From Hormiphora californensis (lineage: Eukaryota > Animalia > Ctenophora): a stretch of DNA of 64,000 nucleotides. This document shows positions 36,440 through 51,066 of this stretch, piece after piece (within the stretch, counting starts at the first letter, position 1; each line of letters begins with the position of its first letter). The position numbers and the translations under genes are program-made. The stretch covers positions 2,356,001 through 2,420,000 of the forward strand of contig CM035361.1 in assembly GCA_020137815.1 (NCBI GenBank). The letters are read 5' to 3'. The notes beneath the pieces were generated by a model. The model made no database searches and was not told where the DNA came from. It saw nothing but the letters and a program-made list of their open reading frames with translations.

Positions 36440-37313
36440 ATTAACTCACAAGACTTTATCAATTCAACGAAGTTAGGCATAGTTTATGAAAGCACGATTT
36501 AAGGGTTGATGAACATTAATTATTCTATACCTTTTTTAAAAGAAAGAGAATATCGATAACGTTGGATTTTTCCAGCGAAACTTGATAGTTTTGCTAGAGT
36601 CTAGGCGTAGGTTCAATTCATGTTTGTTTGAAACTGATACAGAGAAATTATTAGAATATAATTAGGGCTTAGTTAGTTATTAGGGCTTAGTAGAATTTCA
36701 GCAGGTTTTTAGTAAACACCATGTACATTTTTGTTAATCAGTATTTTACCTTTTTACATGTACATAATATTTGTAATAGTATGTACTCAACATACAAACC
36801 TCAATTTACCGGAGGCGGACGGATAAATTTCCCCTAAATTTTAATGTTAAAGATGATATTTTACCTCTAAACACCGTTCACAGAGCAAAAACCCTTTCCC
36901 TGGGGATTCCGGTAAATCGAGTATTGACTGCCCTGTTAAAATGTATTATAATTCACCCGTGTGGCTGTGTGACGTATGAACGTCGAAAAGAAAACCCTTG
37001 GCCTTGGAATGGAAACTTAAGACCAGTATTATCAGCAGCTCCTCACGTGTCTCGTATGTGATAAAACCTTGATCACGTACTTCATCCGCCCACTTTCTGG
37101 CATATATAGTTACATAATTATATTACAGCAGTCAGTTTCTCGTTTTACTGTGCTTTGCTTTGGCTGTATTATAAAGCCAATGGTGTAACAACACACCCAT
37201 TTTTTGTTAAGATTTCAATTTTCTTACTTTCTTTCTAGCGTATCAGAACTCGTATACTTGTTATTTGATATTTATTGTTTCGTATCAAATCTATGTTATC
37301 CCCTTAGTAAATA

Positions 37314-40300
37314 ATGACGATATTTGGGACATTTAATTTCTCTGTTCCTGAACTAAACATCTCACCCCACAATGCAGACTCTTTTGATGCCTTCTTTAAC
37401 TACTTTTTCGCAATACTTTTCGCGTTGTCAGCCTCCATAGGTAATTGAAATTCTAGAACCCAAAGCAGCTCAATTAGGACCCTCTAAAAATAGTATTTAC
37501 CACCCGTTTGGTAACCGTAACTACCCTCATATTATCGATTATATCTATTTCAGGAATAATTCTAAACCCGGTGGTGTTCATGTTCAACTACCGTCAACCC
37601 CAATCCTCTGCAACTTTCCTTTTCAAATCTCTCTGTGCCCTTGATCTACTCATGTGTTTCTTCCGGCCTTTCCATCAAGTGGTCTTATTGACGAGCTCAA
37701 AACAGCAGCCATTTGTTATCATACGTATGTGCAATGTGCATTAAAGCTGGCAATGTTTTGTTTACAAAAGAGATGTATGAATGATTGATGATTGATGCAT
37801 AAAACTATTTCTTTAAAACTATTCTTTAAAGAACTAATTTCAACCATGGAGTACCAACTGTAATCTGCTACATTTCAGCGGCCCCCTTGTGGACTAAAAT
37901 CCATTCCTCTCTGGTGTATGTGATTGGGCATTCCAGTATCTCAGTGGCTGCACTGCTCTGTATAGTCCGGCTTATTCAGCTGAGGTAGGAAGTGTGATAA
38001 TAATTAAAATGTTCATTAATAAACCTAATGATCTAATTACGATCAATTTTTCCTTAGGGAGTAGGGACAAAATTAGTTGGTTTTGTTTCTTAATTAAAAA
38101 GATGAAAAAGAACGGTTTCATTTGTACACCTACATTCAGTTTTACAATTTACCTAGATATTTGGTGACATAGACACCTGGCGCGACCCCCGCGCACTGTG
38201 TGTGAGCTCAATATCGGCCGCGCCAGGTGTCTATGTCACCAACCTAGATATATAACTTCATCAAAATGACGTAGAGTACTAATTCTCTCGCTCCTAGGAG
38301 TACATGTGTCTTTGAATACTCTTACAGCATATACAGCTGTTTCACTTGTTTCTTTGCATATTACTCTCTCTTTTACTCGCATACACAAATATTTATTTAG
38401 AAGTTTCGAAGAGAAAACTTTGTCTAGATTATCCGCAGGAATTGTAATACATATTAATATTCCGTTTCCCTTGGTTTCAACTAACGGTAGGCTACACTAA
38501 TGGGCTAATGGTTCTCTCTTGGCATGTTTCTCAGTCGCGTGTACATGCTGTATAATATTCTTTGCTGTTGTCTAAGCTATTAGCTATGCATTCATAATTT
38601 CCCTCTAACATATAGATTATAGAGTCTCTGTATCATTTAACTCTAGATAACAAATTTCTCATTTCACTTCCCACATATCGCTATCAGTTTTGTTGCTCCA
38701 GCTCGCTGCTGATCGCACCCTTTGTTCAATCGATCTTGCTATTGTACACAATTGAATGAATGAATGAGATTTCCGGTATAGACAAAAGCAATTAAAGCGG
38801 CGCTTCTGTAAATTATTGATTATTTATTCGGCGTAGTTTCGACACTTGAATTCGTTTGTTTACTTGTATTAACCTTGACGTTGAATTTTTGTTTTTAGCT
38901 TTCAGAGCTTATAATTATATCAAACTTCAAACTTAACAAAATGGGTAAGTGGTAGCTTAGTGTTCGTTCTACCTAAAGTACCCCTTTCCCGTCTTTCAAA
39001 GCTCTTAGTCGTATCTTTCAACTGTAATATTTCAGTCGTAGTAGCAGGAGCAAGTGCAGCTGGGCTAGCAGGAGGAGCAGCGGCGGCTGCTACTGGAGCT
39101 GCAGCTGCGGGTCCCTGGTTTGCAGGATTTACATCAGCTGGAGTGGCTGCTGGTTCAGCGGCAGCAGCAGCACAGGCAGCAGCAGGAAATGTAGCGGCAG
39201 GATCGGTGTTCGCTACTCTACAAATGATTGGGGCGACAACAATCCTCGGGACCGTTGGTGGACCTATTCTGGGAGCCGTGGCTATAGCAGGTGGAGCGGC
39301 AGGATGCCTGCTCTAAATAAAGTGGAAAATCCACCTTTTTTACTCTGTACAGTTTGAAATCTTGGACAGAGACACGAAATATTTAGTTAGATGATGTCGA
39401 GAAAAATTATAAAAAAAGAAGAAAACCCTACATAGAAAAAAGAACATAAAGAGTGCTAACTTTTTTATTTTCATTCGCTTTCAGCTTTTAGTTTTCGTTT
39501 AATTCTAACCAAGCTTCGTGACTGTCTATTGAATACCTCCGTCACATTTATGACTAGAGAACATTCTTGATTCTGTCACACAACGTTAGCCGTTAGCTGA
39601 ACATAAGATGAAGTCATTCTTGTTCTTCAGATATCCGTTTTGGTCGCTAGGCAACGCATCTCGGTTAACTAGGGCCTGCAAAGTTATTGTTGCCCTGGAC
39701 GTTGTCTACGAGATGTTCATGATAAGCTGCTACTTCTACAACTCTGGTGGGAGTGTGTTCTTGTCCTTGTCCCAGTTTTCATGGGGGATATCGGACGATA
39801 TGAGACAAACTGAACTGGTAGGAAACTTGACATGGACGTTTTATTTCGGAATTGGGAATCTTTGCTATTTTTAATCGTCTTTTGAATTTAATCACCTATT
39901 TTATGGTTCCTTGTACTAATTCCCCCCAAACAGGATATTTGGATATTTTTCATCGGTCCGTACTACGTTAAAATGTCTGCTATCCTGTTATCCTCCCTTC
40001 TCACTATGATAACACTCTACCAAACCAACACAAACCTCTCGGGAAGCATGGTCACCATCTTTCTGCTCAACGTTCCAACACTGGTCAGTGACATCACATA
40101 CTTTTAGTGGTACACTTAGTTATTTCAGATCTGTTTGACTCAACTGTAGTCTTACAACTCTCTTATTCTTCAGTCTTCTAACCTATTTGTATCCCCAGGT
40201 TTGGGTGACATCCATGGCAGTTAGCCAAGCTATAATGAACTATTACACCAATATAATTTCCTACCAATTCGGGTATGTAAATTCCCTAAATTTTAGGGCC

Positions 40301-40634
40301 TAAATTACTAGATCAATCAATTTTAAACCATAACATCTTGATCTACCGAACCTTCCAGTGTGAGCCGCACAACCTACCTAACCTCTTACCTCCCCTCCCC
40401 TCCCCTCCCCACAGTTACTACATGTACACAACATTTGTTGTTGTACCTTGTGTCATGGTGGCCTACAACCCGCTAATCCTGTGTCTCCGATCCAACACGA
40501 TCCGAAACTCTGTGAAGGATGCAGTTAAAAGTAAGTTCTCGGAATGGAGCTCAGGGATGTCAAGAGGAAGCAGTAGTGCCGCCACCAGTTCAGATAATGG
40601 GAAAGTTGTGGTTGAAGTAAAAAGTGATCAGTGA
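37314..40634 (+). CDS. Orphan class A (rhodopsin-like) GPCR
   Basis: Seven exons with seven hydrophobic segments: GIILNPVV (TM1), LFKSLCALDLL (TM2), IVRLIQLR|YPF (TM3/ICL2), TIFLLNVP (TM6), AYNPLILCLR (TM7, NPxxY-like). Confidence 0.85.
38941..39316 (+). CDS. IFI27/IFI6 (ISG12 motif) family small membrane protein, nested in a GPCR intron
   Basis: ATGG|gtaagt ... ttcag|TC gives MVVVAGA...GFTSAGVAAGSAAAAAQAAAGNVAAGSVFATLQMIGA...; GFT-G-AAGS-AA-Q...G-VAAGS-FA-LQ-GA is the ISG12 signature; AATAAA overlaps the stop. Confidence 0.88.
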
Positions 40635-42164
40635 AAGAGACTATAGTGGATCTATGAAGTGTGATAATCTGTGAAAAACTAAAATTTTAGATGATACAGT
40701 TTTCCAAACCGGTAAAAGAACGTACAGCCCTTTTTTGTTAGTTTTACCGTGGTCTACAAGGCGGGGATTAAAAAACCACCATTTTATATACTACTGCGAT
40801 GTACTGTCATCGTCAAATGCCATAAAAACATAGAAAAAAAACATAGAAACATAGTTCAAAAACTTACATTTGAATGCGTTGTCATTTCTCTCCATCGTCC
40901 TCAATCAACCAAGGTATCGATAAATAATGAGCACACTGCTAGGGAGATTTAGGGAGTGTTACTTAGGGAAGAAAACTGTGTTTTTGTTTGTTTGTTTGTA
41001 CATCAGTCGTATTTGTTGTCTGTCGTCTGGTAAGATACCAGTCCAGATGAAAAGAGAATGAAGGGGACTGGACTGATATCGGAGAGTTGGAGCGATGTGA
41101 AACACATATCTAATTTAAATCTTTACTTTCAATTGTTCATATATAAACCACATCTCACTTCAAAAACGAGAAAATACTCTGAAACATTCATCATTTCTCT
41201 CTCCCTTTCTCTCTCCCTCTCCCTCTCCCTCTCCCTCTCTTTCTCTCCCTCCCTCTCACTCTCACTCTCTCACTCTCCCTCTCTTTCTCTCTCTCCCTCT
41301 CTCACTCTCCCTCTCTCTCTATCTCTCCCTCTCTCGCTCACATTTTCTCTCTCGTCATATCAAATGGAAGGTACCTAGTAGAAAAAGACAAAAAACATCA
41401 CTCTCAAATTCAACATTGGCCCTCTCGGCTCTCTCATATCATTCTTCCGTTTTCTGTCTGGTGCCGCAGCCCCCGTTCGGAAGACACTGGCGCATTTTGA
41501 GAATTCAAAACGGGAGCTGTGGGGCTGCCAAACGGTCAGTTTATTAAATGATGAAAATTCTGTCTTCGCACAAACACATTCTCTATCAATGGAGGCATGT
41601 CAGGAATGACAAATGGAACTTAGTATTTTAGGGATTTTAAACTTTGCTAAGAAATCTTAAACAGCACAGAACATATAATTCATCATTCTATTCCCCTAGT
41701 TTCCATTTAGAAAGCACATGGATATTGGACTCGTTCAGACCCTATCTGGCGGCGCCGACCAACAAAACGCTGCCAGACAGCTCAGACCCCTTTTCCGCGA
41801 AAAAAGGGGTCTGAGCATGATGTCATCTAATTAATGTGGACTATATTTCTTTGCTCTTGACCTTATTACGAGACAAGTATATGCTCTGTATTACAGGGCA
41901 ATATAGAATTGATATATAAAACACATATTTCTCTGATACTATGACACACAAAAAACATGCCCTTTCTCATACACACACACACACACTTGGACAAAAATTC
42001 TGTCTCTCTCATTCATTCATTCACTATATATCATAGCTCGGGGGCCGAGCTGAGTTCGAATCTCTCTGTGTCACATACTAATTATTGTTCCATCAGTACA
42101 GAGCTCATTAAATACTTGTCAAATACTTTAATTTGCGTTTTTTCGTCTGAATGATGAATCATTT

Positions 42165-43200
42165 TCACCTGGAAGGAATATTTGGGGGTAGGAAGAGTGG
42201 AATCACAACCAATATGAGGTTTTGATACACTGCATAATCCTTGCAGAAACATTTCCCGAAATAAAGAATCCGGGTACCGATATAATTGGCAACACTACAC
42301 ATCCCTTGCAATGTTGTAATGTTCTAACCCTCCTTTAAATTTGTAAAAGAAAGAGAGGTAACACTTACCTATGAGAGGAGGAAGATGGAGTCTCGGGAAG
42401 GTTATGCCGCGATTTTGGGGACGCATTAGGGGATTTAGGTGGGCCGGATGTTGGAGTTGCCATGTAGCGTGTCACCTGGATAAGATTATTACTAAATCAA
42501 AGATTCAGAGTTTTTGAGTTACAAATAAACGTTTCTAGGTAAGACAGTGATTACTATTCGATGTGTTTTATTTAACTAGCAATTTAACTAACTAAGTTAC
42601 CAAATTAATTAGTTAACTCACCTCTTCATTCTCTACGTCACTATCTGACTCGGGTGTTAGGGGCTCTTCCTCGTCCTGAGCCTTCCACACCTGGGATGGA
42701 AAGATAGGGCTGTCAGGAATGGACAGAGAACAAAGTTACCGTACCACAGAAAAGTTATGACAGTTTTACCAAAAAGAACGGAGACCAAATATTTTAACTT
42801 ACCTCCGCAAGTAATCGGAGCCCAACGTTGAAATGTGTTTGAATGTTATGGCGGTCTCTTTCCTCAATGCCCGTGAAACTCCGCACTTGCTGGGCCGGGT
42901 AACTCTGAAAACAATGAAGATGATTAAAAGAGATCAGATATTCACCAGAAAGTGTGTTCTTACCTTGAGCGCCTACAAACCAAGAAAACGTCCCACGCAC
43001 AGACAAACAAATAAAACAAAATAAAATGTTAGCTACACAATTCTTACCTTGAGTGTTTTAGCGTAGGGTTGCATCCAATTGCGAGCAGCAATCAAATCCT
43101 CCCAGGTGTAACCCGTCACTTCCTGAAAACAGATAGAGAAAAGGAGAGGGAGGGATACAGAGGGAGGGATAGATAGATACTGTAGATAGAGGGGGAGAGA

Positions 43201-43274
<74 letters not shown>

Positions 43275-44892
43275 GAGAGAAAGAGAGAGTTGTGAGATTA
43301 GTCAGTCCTCTTGAAACATTGTATTCCCCATGATGCCCACACATACCTGTAACTGGTTAGGGAGGATCAACCACAGTGCACTAGCAGCAATGATACTTGG
43401 CCGGAATTGTACCGAGTTGGCATCTAATGTACACAGGTCTATCAGCTGGGAAATAAAAGAGTCAGCTAAGAGAAACATTTCTGTAGTTTGGATTGCTGTA
43501 ACAAATGAAATAAAACACACTGAAAACAAAAATTCCCCTAAACAGATTGTATGTAATTAACCACATTCGAAATGTATTCGCAACGTGCAGCCTATTACCT
43601 GCTCACTGATATACTGATATTTAGTGGACACCCCGATTTAGTGGACAAGAGCCTTTCCCCCGAGGGTGTCCCTAAATCGGGGTCCGAATGTACTGATATG
43701 ATCTTCACAACGAACAATTGTGAGTCCTTTCACATACCTGTATAATCTTAACAAAATCGCTCTGAGAGTACTCCGGCTTCATGAATTGTAGCGTTGTACA
43801 ACTGAGACCTCGAAAGTGGTTTATTTGCAGGAACAGGTTTAGCCATGTGTTAACCGTTAACGTTGATAACCTCCAATCAAGTGCCTAGTGGGGGATAATG
43901 AGTGTTATTTAGGGTATAGAGATGGAGAAAGGGTCTCCTGTCGACAATAAAATACGTGTTTATATATACTTTATATTCTGCTCACACCCTCCAGTGGCAG
44001 CAGATCATTCACGAATTAATCAATTAATTAACTAATTGAGCTCGATTGAGTTTATTAAATTAGTTAATTAATTAAGTTAATTAAGTTAATCGTACCTTCA
44101 TTATGGTGAGTTCCATCTGACAGACATCAACGGCAGTAAAAACACAGGTGGTTTCCGCAAAGTGTTCACAGCCAGGCGGGTATATCTCCTGGAGGGGGGG
44201 GGGGGTGATTATTAGGGATTATATTAGGGGGGGGGGTTACCGGTGATGGAGTGTTAATCCACTTGAGCACATAGTACATACTGCATGAAGTTCAGGCTCT
44301 GAACTTACCCCTGACCTTCAGAGGTAAGTAACTTCGCCTGGTTATGAGGTAAAGAGATGGAGACATATTTCTTATTTCTTGGTAAAAGTTTGCTTGCTAG
44401 TGATGGGGGGGGGGCTACTAGTCGAGTGTCTCACATTCTTTTGTAGAGAGATAGAGGAAGTAGAAGGGTGGCACGCGATTGGGGACGCCACATTTTCCCG
44501 CGACTTCTTCCATCTCACTTTTTCCATGTGAAAACATGTGAAAATGAGGTGTGGCTATTATATATTCGTCTTGTGTAACCCCCTCTAATAAACGTACTCG
44601 AGAGAATAGGATTACACAATTATTGTAACCAGATGTTAACTCTAACCATGATATATGGTTGTTTACGATCAGTGTAACTCGAACTAATTCCGTTTTCTTT
44701 GAGTCCTGACTCCTCCCCCCAAGGGTGAAACATATTTGATTGTAAATCAGATATATAATAATACTGCGGGCATGTACGAGAAGGATTTACAGGCTTTAGG
44801 AGCTCATTTGCCACCAAGGCAGTGCTTCACACCCTCAGGGTGACTGGAGTGAGAGGGAAAGAGTGAGAGAGAAAGAGAGAATGAAAGAGAGA

Positions 44893-44954
<62 letters not shown>

Positions 44955-45006
44955 AAGAGAGTGAGAGAGAGAGTGTGAGAGTGAGAAAGAGAGAGAGAGA
45001 GAGAGT

Positions 45007-45046
<40 letters not shown>

Positions 45047-45194
45047 CAAGCAGGCTCTCCTGTTTCATTGATTGCAGTGGTTACTTGGACAGCATCCAAG
45101 AGAGAAGCTAGTGAATGCAAGTTAGTGTTTCATAAATGAAAGAGGTGTGTCAATGGGGATGGAAGTACAAGATCCAGAAAAAGAAGTGAGGGAA

Positions 45195-45272
<78 letters not shown>

Positions 45273-45402
45273 GTGAGGGTGCCTCCACTCTCTCACTCTT
45301 TACACTTCCTGGTCCGTGTACAATTAAGGGTTTCCAGGGGCCCTGTACACTGGTGATGTGTCTAAAAATAGAAATCCGTCCAAAAGTGAGTGTAAGAGAG
45401 GA

Positions 45403-45444
<42 letters not shown>

Positions 45445-46654
45445 CGAGAGATTGATTTCTCAAAATCAGTTACAAACATTCCGGATTCCATGGAGATACA
45501 CTCTTACACAACTTACTCCGTCTTTCAGTTTCCATACTCATTCCTTTACTTCCCTCTTTCCCATATGAATACTGCTCAGTATGCAAGATCACACACCCAC
45601 CCACATTGTACAATGTTTTCTAATATAACACGGAAGGGACCGTCTCTGTCTCGTACACTCTGTCTCCTTCTTATACCGTCATTTTCAGCAGCCATAATAG
45701 CCACACTTTCTTGTACAGGGCGTTCATTTTAAAAGTCAAAATTCCTTCTAACTCTTACATTATATTTGCTCTCGCGACATAATAACACGTCAGCTGAGAG
45801 AGAGAAAAAATAAGAAACACACAGAGATTCATTTCTCCCTCGCTGTGTTTCTATATCTAGGAAGAGACACCTATGCAGCTGAGAGCTCTGCAGAGGGCTG
45901 TGTGTGCTCGCACATTTCGCGCCGTTTTAGAGGCTCCGCGCGCCAAGCTTCAACTCAGCCACGAAACCTGGGTCCGCGCCCTACATCCAATAAACAAAGC
46001 CGTTGTGCCCTCTTCCCGCCCCACTAGCTCAAGAGATGTTACTACTAGCTCATTCTCCCTCTCTCCCCCGGCTAATAGTCACTCTCACGTTTCTACGTTG
46101 GAATGTACACCGCGGCATAGGAGCTAAGGAGGGAATAGTTTTGAAAATAGTCATAAGATGTCCACAAAATCAATATATCTTATCGGATCGCCCGATCTAC
46201 CCGAGACTACAAAAGCCCCACAAAAGTGGAGAGAAGTGATACGAGTTCTGACTGGGTTAGCTTTTGATGATCCCTTAGCTTAAGCAAATAAATGAGCCAC
46301 AAATCACGATTCTGTCTCATCGAAGAAGAGGATTGCATATAATTCTGGGACATTTTTCTTTGCCCGTTGATTATATAATTAATACCCAGACTACTTTCGG
46401 GAAGAAACTTGACTAATGATCTACAACAAACAGAACATTATGAACCCCTTCGTGATCAATCAACTTTTAAATTGATGAGTTAGGAAGGAAGTCGGATAAG
46501 TTTAGGACCAAAACCTTGGATGCACCGGAGACAAAGAGGGATAGAGATTATTGAGATTCGATAGAGATTCTAGAAACTATAGTGGTACAGAATACATATG
46601 GGGTGCTGTTGAGTGCGAATGTGATTTGAAGATCTCTCTCTCTCACTCTCACTC

Positions 46655-46731
<77 letters not shown>

Positions 46732-49700
46732 CCACAACACGCACCACTCCCACATGGGGCCGTAAGGTCCCATGTGGAAACAGGGTTAAATCCCCCGAGC
46801 CCGGATCCTGTTGGATCTGAGGGCCCGGAGGGCCTGCGGAGTAAAGGTAGGTAGAACAATGTACATAAGGGTAGGTAGAACAATGTACATATGGGTTAAA
46901 GTAGGAGAAAATATAAAAAGGGAATTAAAGCTCATGGTGACGGAGCAAAAGACCTCCTAAACTATCTGGAAAGAAGCCCAACCATCTGGAACGGAGTCTA
47001 AGAAGGGTCAACTTATCAGGAACAGGAGAAGTAAACCGTCTGAATCTAGGGAAACCTAGTGGCAAGCAGGAACGGGTAGAAAGGTATAAATATAAATAAA
47101 TTAATTACAATTACAGGGGGAGACAGCTCAGGAGGTGTATTACATGTCGAGAACTTTCCGGAGCGTGTTCATCGAGTTGAACAGGACTGACTTTTGGAGC
47201 TGGGAGGGGTAGATTTGGCGGGTTATGGCAGTCAGGTACTTCTCCAGTCGGGGGCTGACTCCGCCAAGGGCTCCGATCACGATAGGGATGACCGTGGCCT
47301 TTTTAAGTTCCCAAATTCGTGTGAGCTCCCTCCGAAGTTCTTGGTACTTCTCGATCTTCTCCATCTCCCTGTCCGAGACTGACCTGTCTTTTGGTACAGC
47401 GACGTCGATCAGTAGCGCTTCCTTCTTTAGTTTGTCTAGAAGGACCAAGTCAGGTTTACATGCCTGGATGGGGTTGTCCGTCCTGTATGTGGAAATCCCA
47501 GAGAATCTTGTAGTTCTCATTCTCAAGCACTTTTTCTGCATAGTGGCTCCACCACTTTGATTCAGCAGGGAATCCGTAGTCCTTGCACATTCCCCAGTGT
47601 AGGCGGCAGCTACTCGATCGTGTCTGTGCTTATAGTCTCCGTTGGAGAGTTTCGTGCATCCGTTTAGGATGTGTTCCACCGACTCGTTGTGTTCGTTTAC
47701 AGATACGGCACTTCTCAGTCACTCCTTGCTCTTTCTCTATGGCAGCTTTTATCCAGTTCGTGCGAATGGCTTGATCCTGGGCAGCAAATACATCGGCTTC
47801 GGTATATCTGCTGAGGCTCTCTTTGTTGAGCCAGGCCCAGGGTCGCATCCCCCTTCTTCCAGTTGCTTCAGGAATCTTCCATGTAGCACTTTGCTCTTCC
47901 ATTTCTCTACAAGTTCCGCCTCTAATCTTTCCTTCAGGGCTTCTGCGTCTTCTGGAGGTCCAGTTTAGCATATCCTCAGTCTGCATCGCCGTGTGGAGGG
48001 CACGTATCCTGGGGTCCGTAGAATTGTTGAAGAATGTCACGAGTCCTGTCTCTTCCTTTGCAATGACATCTTCAATCCGCTGGAGGCCCCTTCCTCCCAG
48101 TTTTCCTGCTGACATACAGTCGGTCAACGTCACTGTTGTTCTTGATGACTTCCTCTTCTCAGGATCTTCCTAGTAATCATATCTAGTCCATTGGCTTCGG
48201 AAGTGGACCAGTCCAGTATTCCGGCACCGGACGTAGCACAGGTATTGCCCATGTGGTTGATTGCAGTGATGGAGGTTCTTGCCTTGCAGCTCGAGGAACA
48301 TTGTCTTGACCTCTTCGAGTGTATTCTATTTTGACCTTAGCTTTCTTTCTTGATGTAGAATGCTTCAACCTCCATGATGGCCGAGGTACTTCTTGCTTCT
48401 GTAAGCCTCCGTCTTCCACCGGTGACGGGTATTCTTCTGCTGCGCCACTTCCACTCGGTAGGGACTTATTCCCTGCATCCTACTTCTGACTCCACCACTA
48501 GTCAGGGCTCCGCATTTGGATTATCACCAGGGACATGTTGATGTCAGTGCTAACTTTTCTCGGTGACTGCCAGAGCTGTTGGGGTCATCTTTTTTGAGCT
48601 GGCATAACGCTTCAGGAGGTTCGTCCATGTATAGGCGTGGTTAATACTAATATCGGTAACTAGAGCTTCTGGGTTAGATATGGTGTACCTCTTCCTTGGT
48701 TAGTTAGAGCACATGGACAAGGGGATCAGGCCGATACTAAAGTGCAATCGGGAGCGCGTCTCCTTGGAAGAGGCCTTCTCTTGATGTAGTATTTGGCCTC
48801 AAGCTGAGCCAGATTGGACTATATTAACAACACACTGTTTGGAAACGATGATTCGAATAGTCCGGATTATCTGAGGGTTTTATCTTTGCACTTGCACATG
48901 CACAATCTATCCATTGACTTCCGGATCCAGGAGTGTGGATCGAGTCATATGCCTTCTGGTAGTCGATGTAGGACTATACAGAGAAGACTTGTACGTTTTG
49001 TTGCAACTCTCTCTCTCCTCTCTCCCCTCATCGTCTCTCGCCCTCCTCGCTCTCTCTCTCTCTCTCTTCCACTCTCGTCTCGTCCTCTCTCCTCGTCTCT
49101 CCATCCATCGTCACTCCACTCTCTCCTCTCTCGGCTCCCTCTCTCCTCTCTCTCTCACCTCTTCTAAGAATGTACAGGGTGGCACAATGTGTGTACCAAA
49201 ATGTGCCCCACTGCACCATATCCTGCTATACACCCACTAAGAAGTAAGAACTTTAGAGGAGAGAATGAAAAATGAGGGTGGGGAGGGGGGTGGGGGGCAA
49301 AATGCTATTATACTGCATGGTTTTGGTTGTTCAATGTTCATTCATTCCTTTTGACACATTTCCCGGAATTTTAGAGGGCTGGGAGTATTCTTTTTATGCT
49401 GCACGAGGTCAAGGATTACCGAGAGAAGAGAGAAACTAGAGAGAAACTAGAGTGAACATATAGTGATCATATGTTGTATTTTGCAGCCCAAATCTAAGAA
49501 AATGGAGCATCAGAACATCATCATCTAATATCAATTACCTCAAGTTTTGCAGCCATATGAAGCGCAGTGACACCAACCAATTGAATCTGTTCTGGTCTCC
49601 AGCTACTATCGGAGCGTTTTGAGAAAAACCTGAGGATATAAAGTTGGAGGAAAAGGTACAAACAATTTGATATGATCAGTGGATAAATGAAATTGGAAAA

Positions 49701-49957
49701 ACTCAGACAATTTGTCAACCCTTGTTCCCTATAGAATTGGGAAAACTCTTTCAACCAGTGATCCAAATAATTTGCCTTGTCCGAATCTCTCTCGCGCCCG
49801 GTAAATGTAAAGGAGGATTAGAACATTAAACAGCAAAATGATATCAATTCTTCTTGTTGTTACTCACCTATCAGTGTAATCCATGGCGAGGTAGTAGGTT
49901 TCCCTTTTTAGATGGAACTGTTGGCAAACCTGATGGGGGAAAGGGTTGAGAGAGAGA

Positions 49958-49996
<39 letters not shown>

Positions 49997-51004
49997 CGCG
50001 GAGAGGAGGGAGAGAGAGGAGTCTCCCTTCCCCGCGCTCGCCTCGCTCTCTCTCCTGCGTCTCTCTCTTTCTCTCTCCCCTTCCTCCTCCTCTCGTCTCT
50101 CTCTCTCGCTCTTCTCTCTCTATCTCGCTATCTCTAGAGAGGAGAGAGAGAGTGTGTGTGAGAGAAAATGAAAACTCACCACAACAAGCCAGTCTAACAG
50201 TTTTGCCCTTTTACAGGGACCGTACAACACGTGCGTGAGAATCCCAATCTTGTTATTGTGTCGTTTTTCCTCCTGATAGATTTAGATGATAAGTAAAGAT
50301 GATTTAGATCAGCAATAATTGATAAACATAATTTGATCTAGTGATTGGGAAATGGGAATGCTGAAATGAATGCTGAAATGAGTGGAAAGTTGCACGAGAA
50401 TTGGTATTTATGTACAAACGTTTGATTGGGATATGTTTTGATATGATGACGTGTCTTTCGATGTATATCGCCATTTATTTTCCAGCTTGGAACTAAGACA
50501 TGCCCAGCAAATTGACTCTAGTACTTATTATGTATTTATACTGTGTCTGTGTAAGAAGGTGTGTATGTTTGAAATTATTGACCCTGCCAAACAACTTAAA
50601 TTAATTAAAGATTAGGTTACCACTACTTGATGACAGAATTGATGCTACCCAATCTGTATAACAGGGAAATTGCACTAACAAGGCCAAGGGGCGTGATAGA
50701 CTCTACCATATGACTCGTAATTAATCAGAAAATTATTGGTAAACATGAAACAATCAATAATGCTACCTCAAAACTCGTCATGAACAATACTATAAATAAG
50801 CTTAAAATCCAAAAGCTAATTAATCAACTAATCAATTAATTAATTAATTAATTAGTTAACTAAAAGATAGCATTACCTGTCGCTTTAGTCCCGACCACAC
50901 TTTGTCATTTGGTGCAAAGTTCAGATGGGGTAAAGGTATGGTTGGTACGGGAATAGCACTTGGTTTCGATGGTGATCCCTGAGAGGGGATGTTGGGATTA
51001 GCGG

Positions 51005-51066
<62 letters not shown>

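Noticed and set aside
41380-41820. Exon-like open stretch (SGAAAPVRKTLAHFENSKRELWGCQT) with splice-like sites
   Set aside because: Adjacent sequence shares TCTGGCGGCGCC/GCCAGACAGCTC motifs with 2830-2900, so it is more likely an interspersed repeat; no start or gene context.
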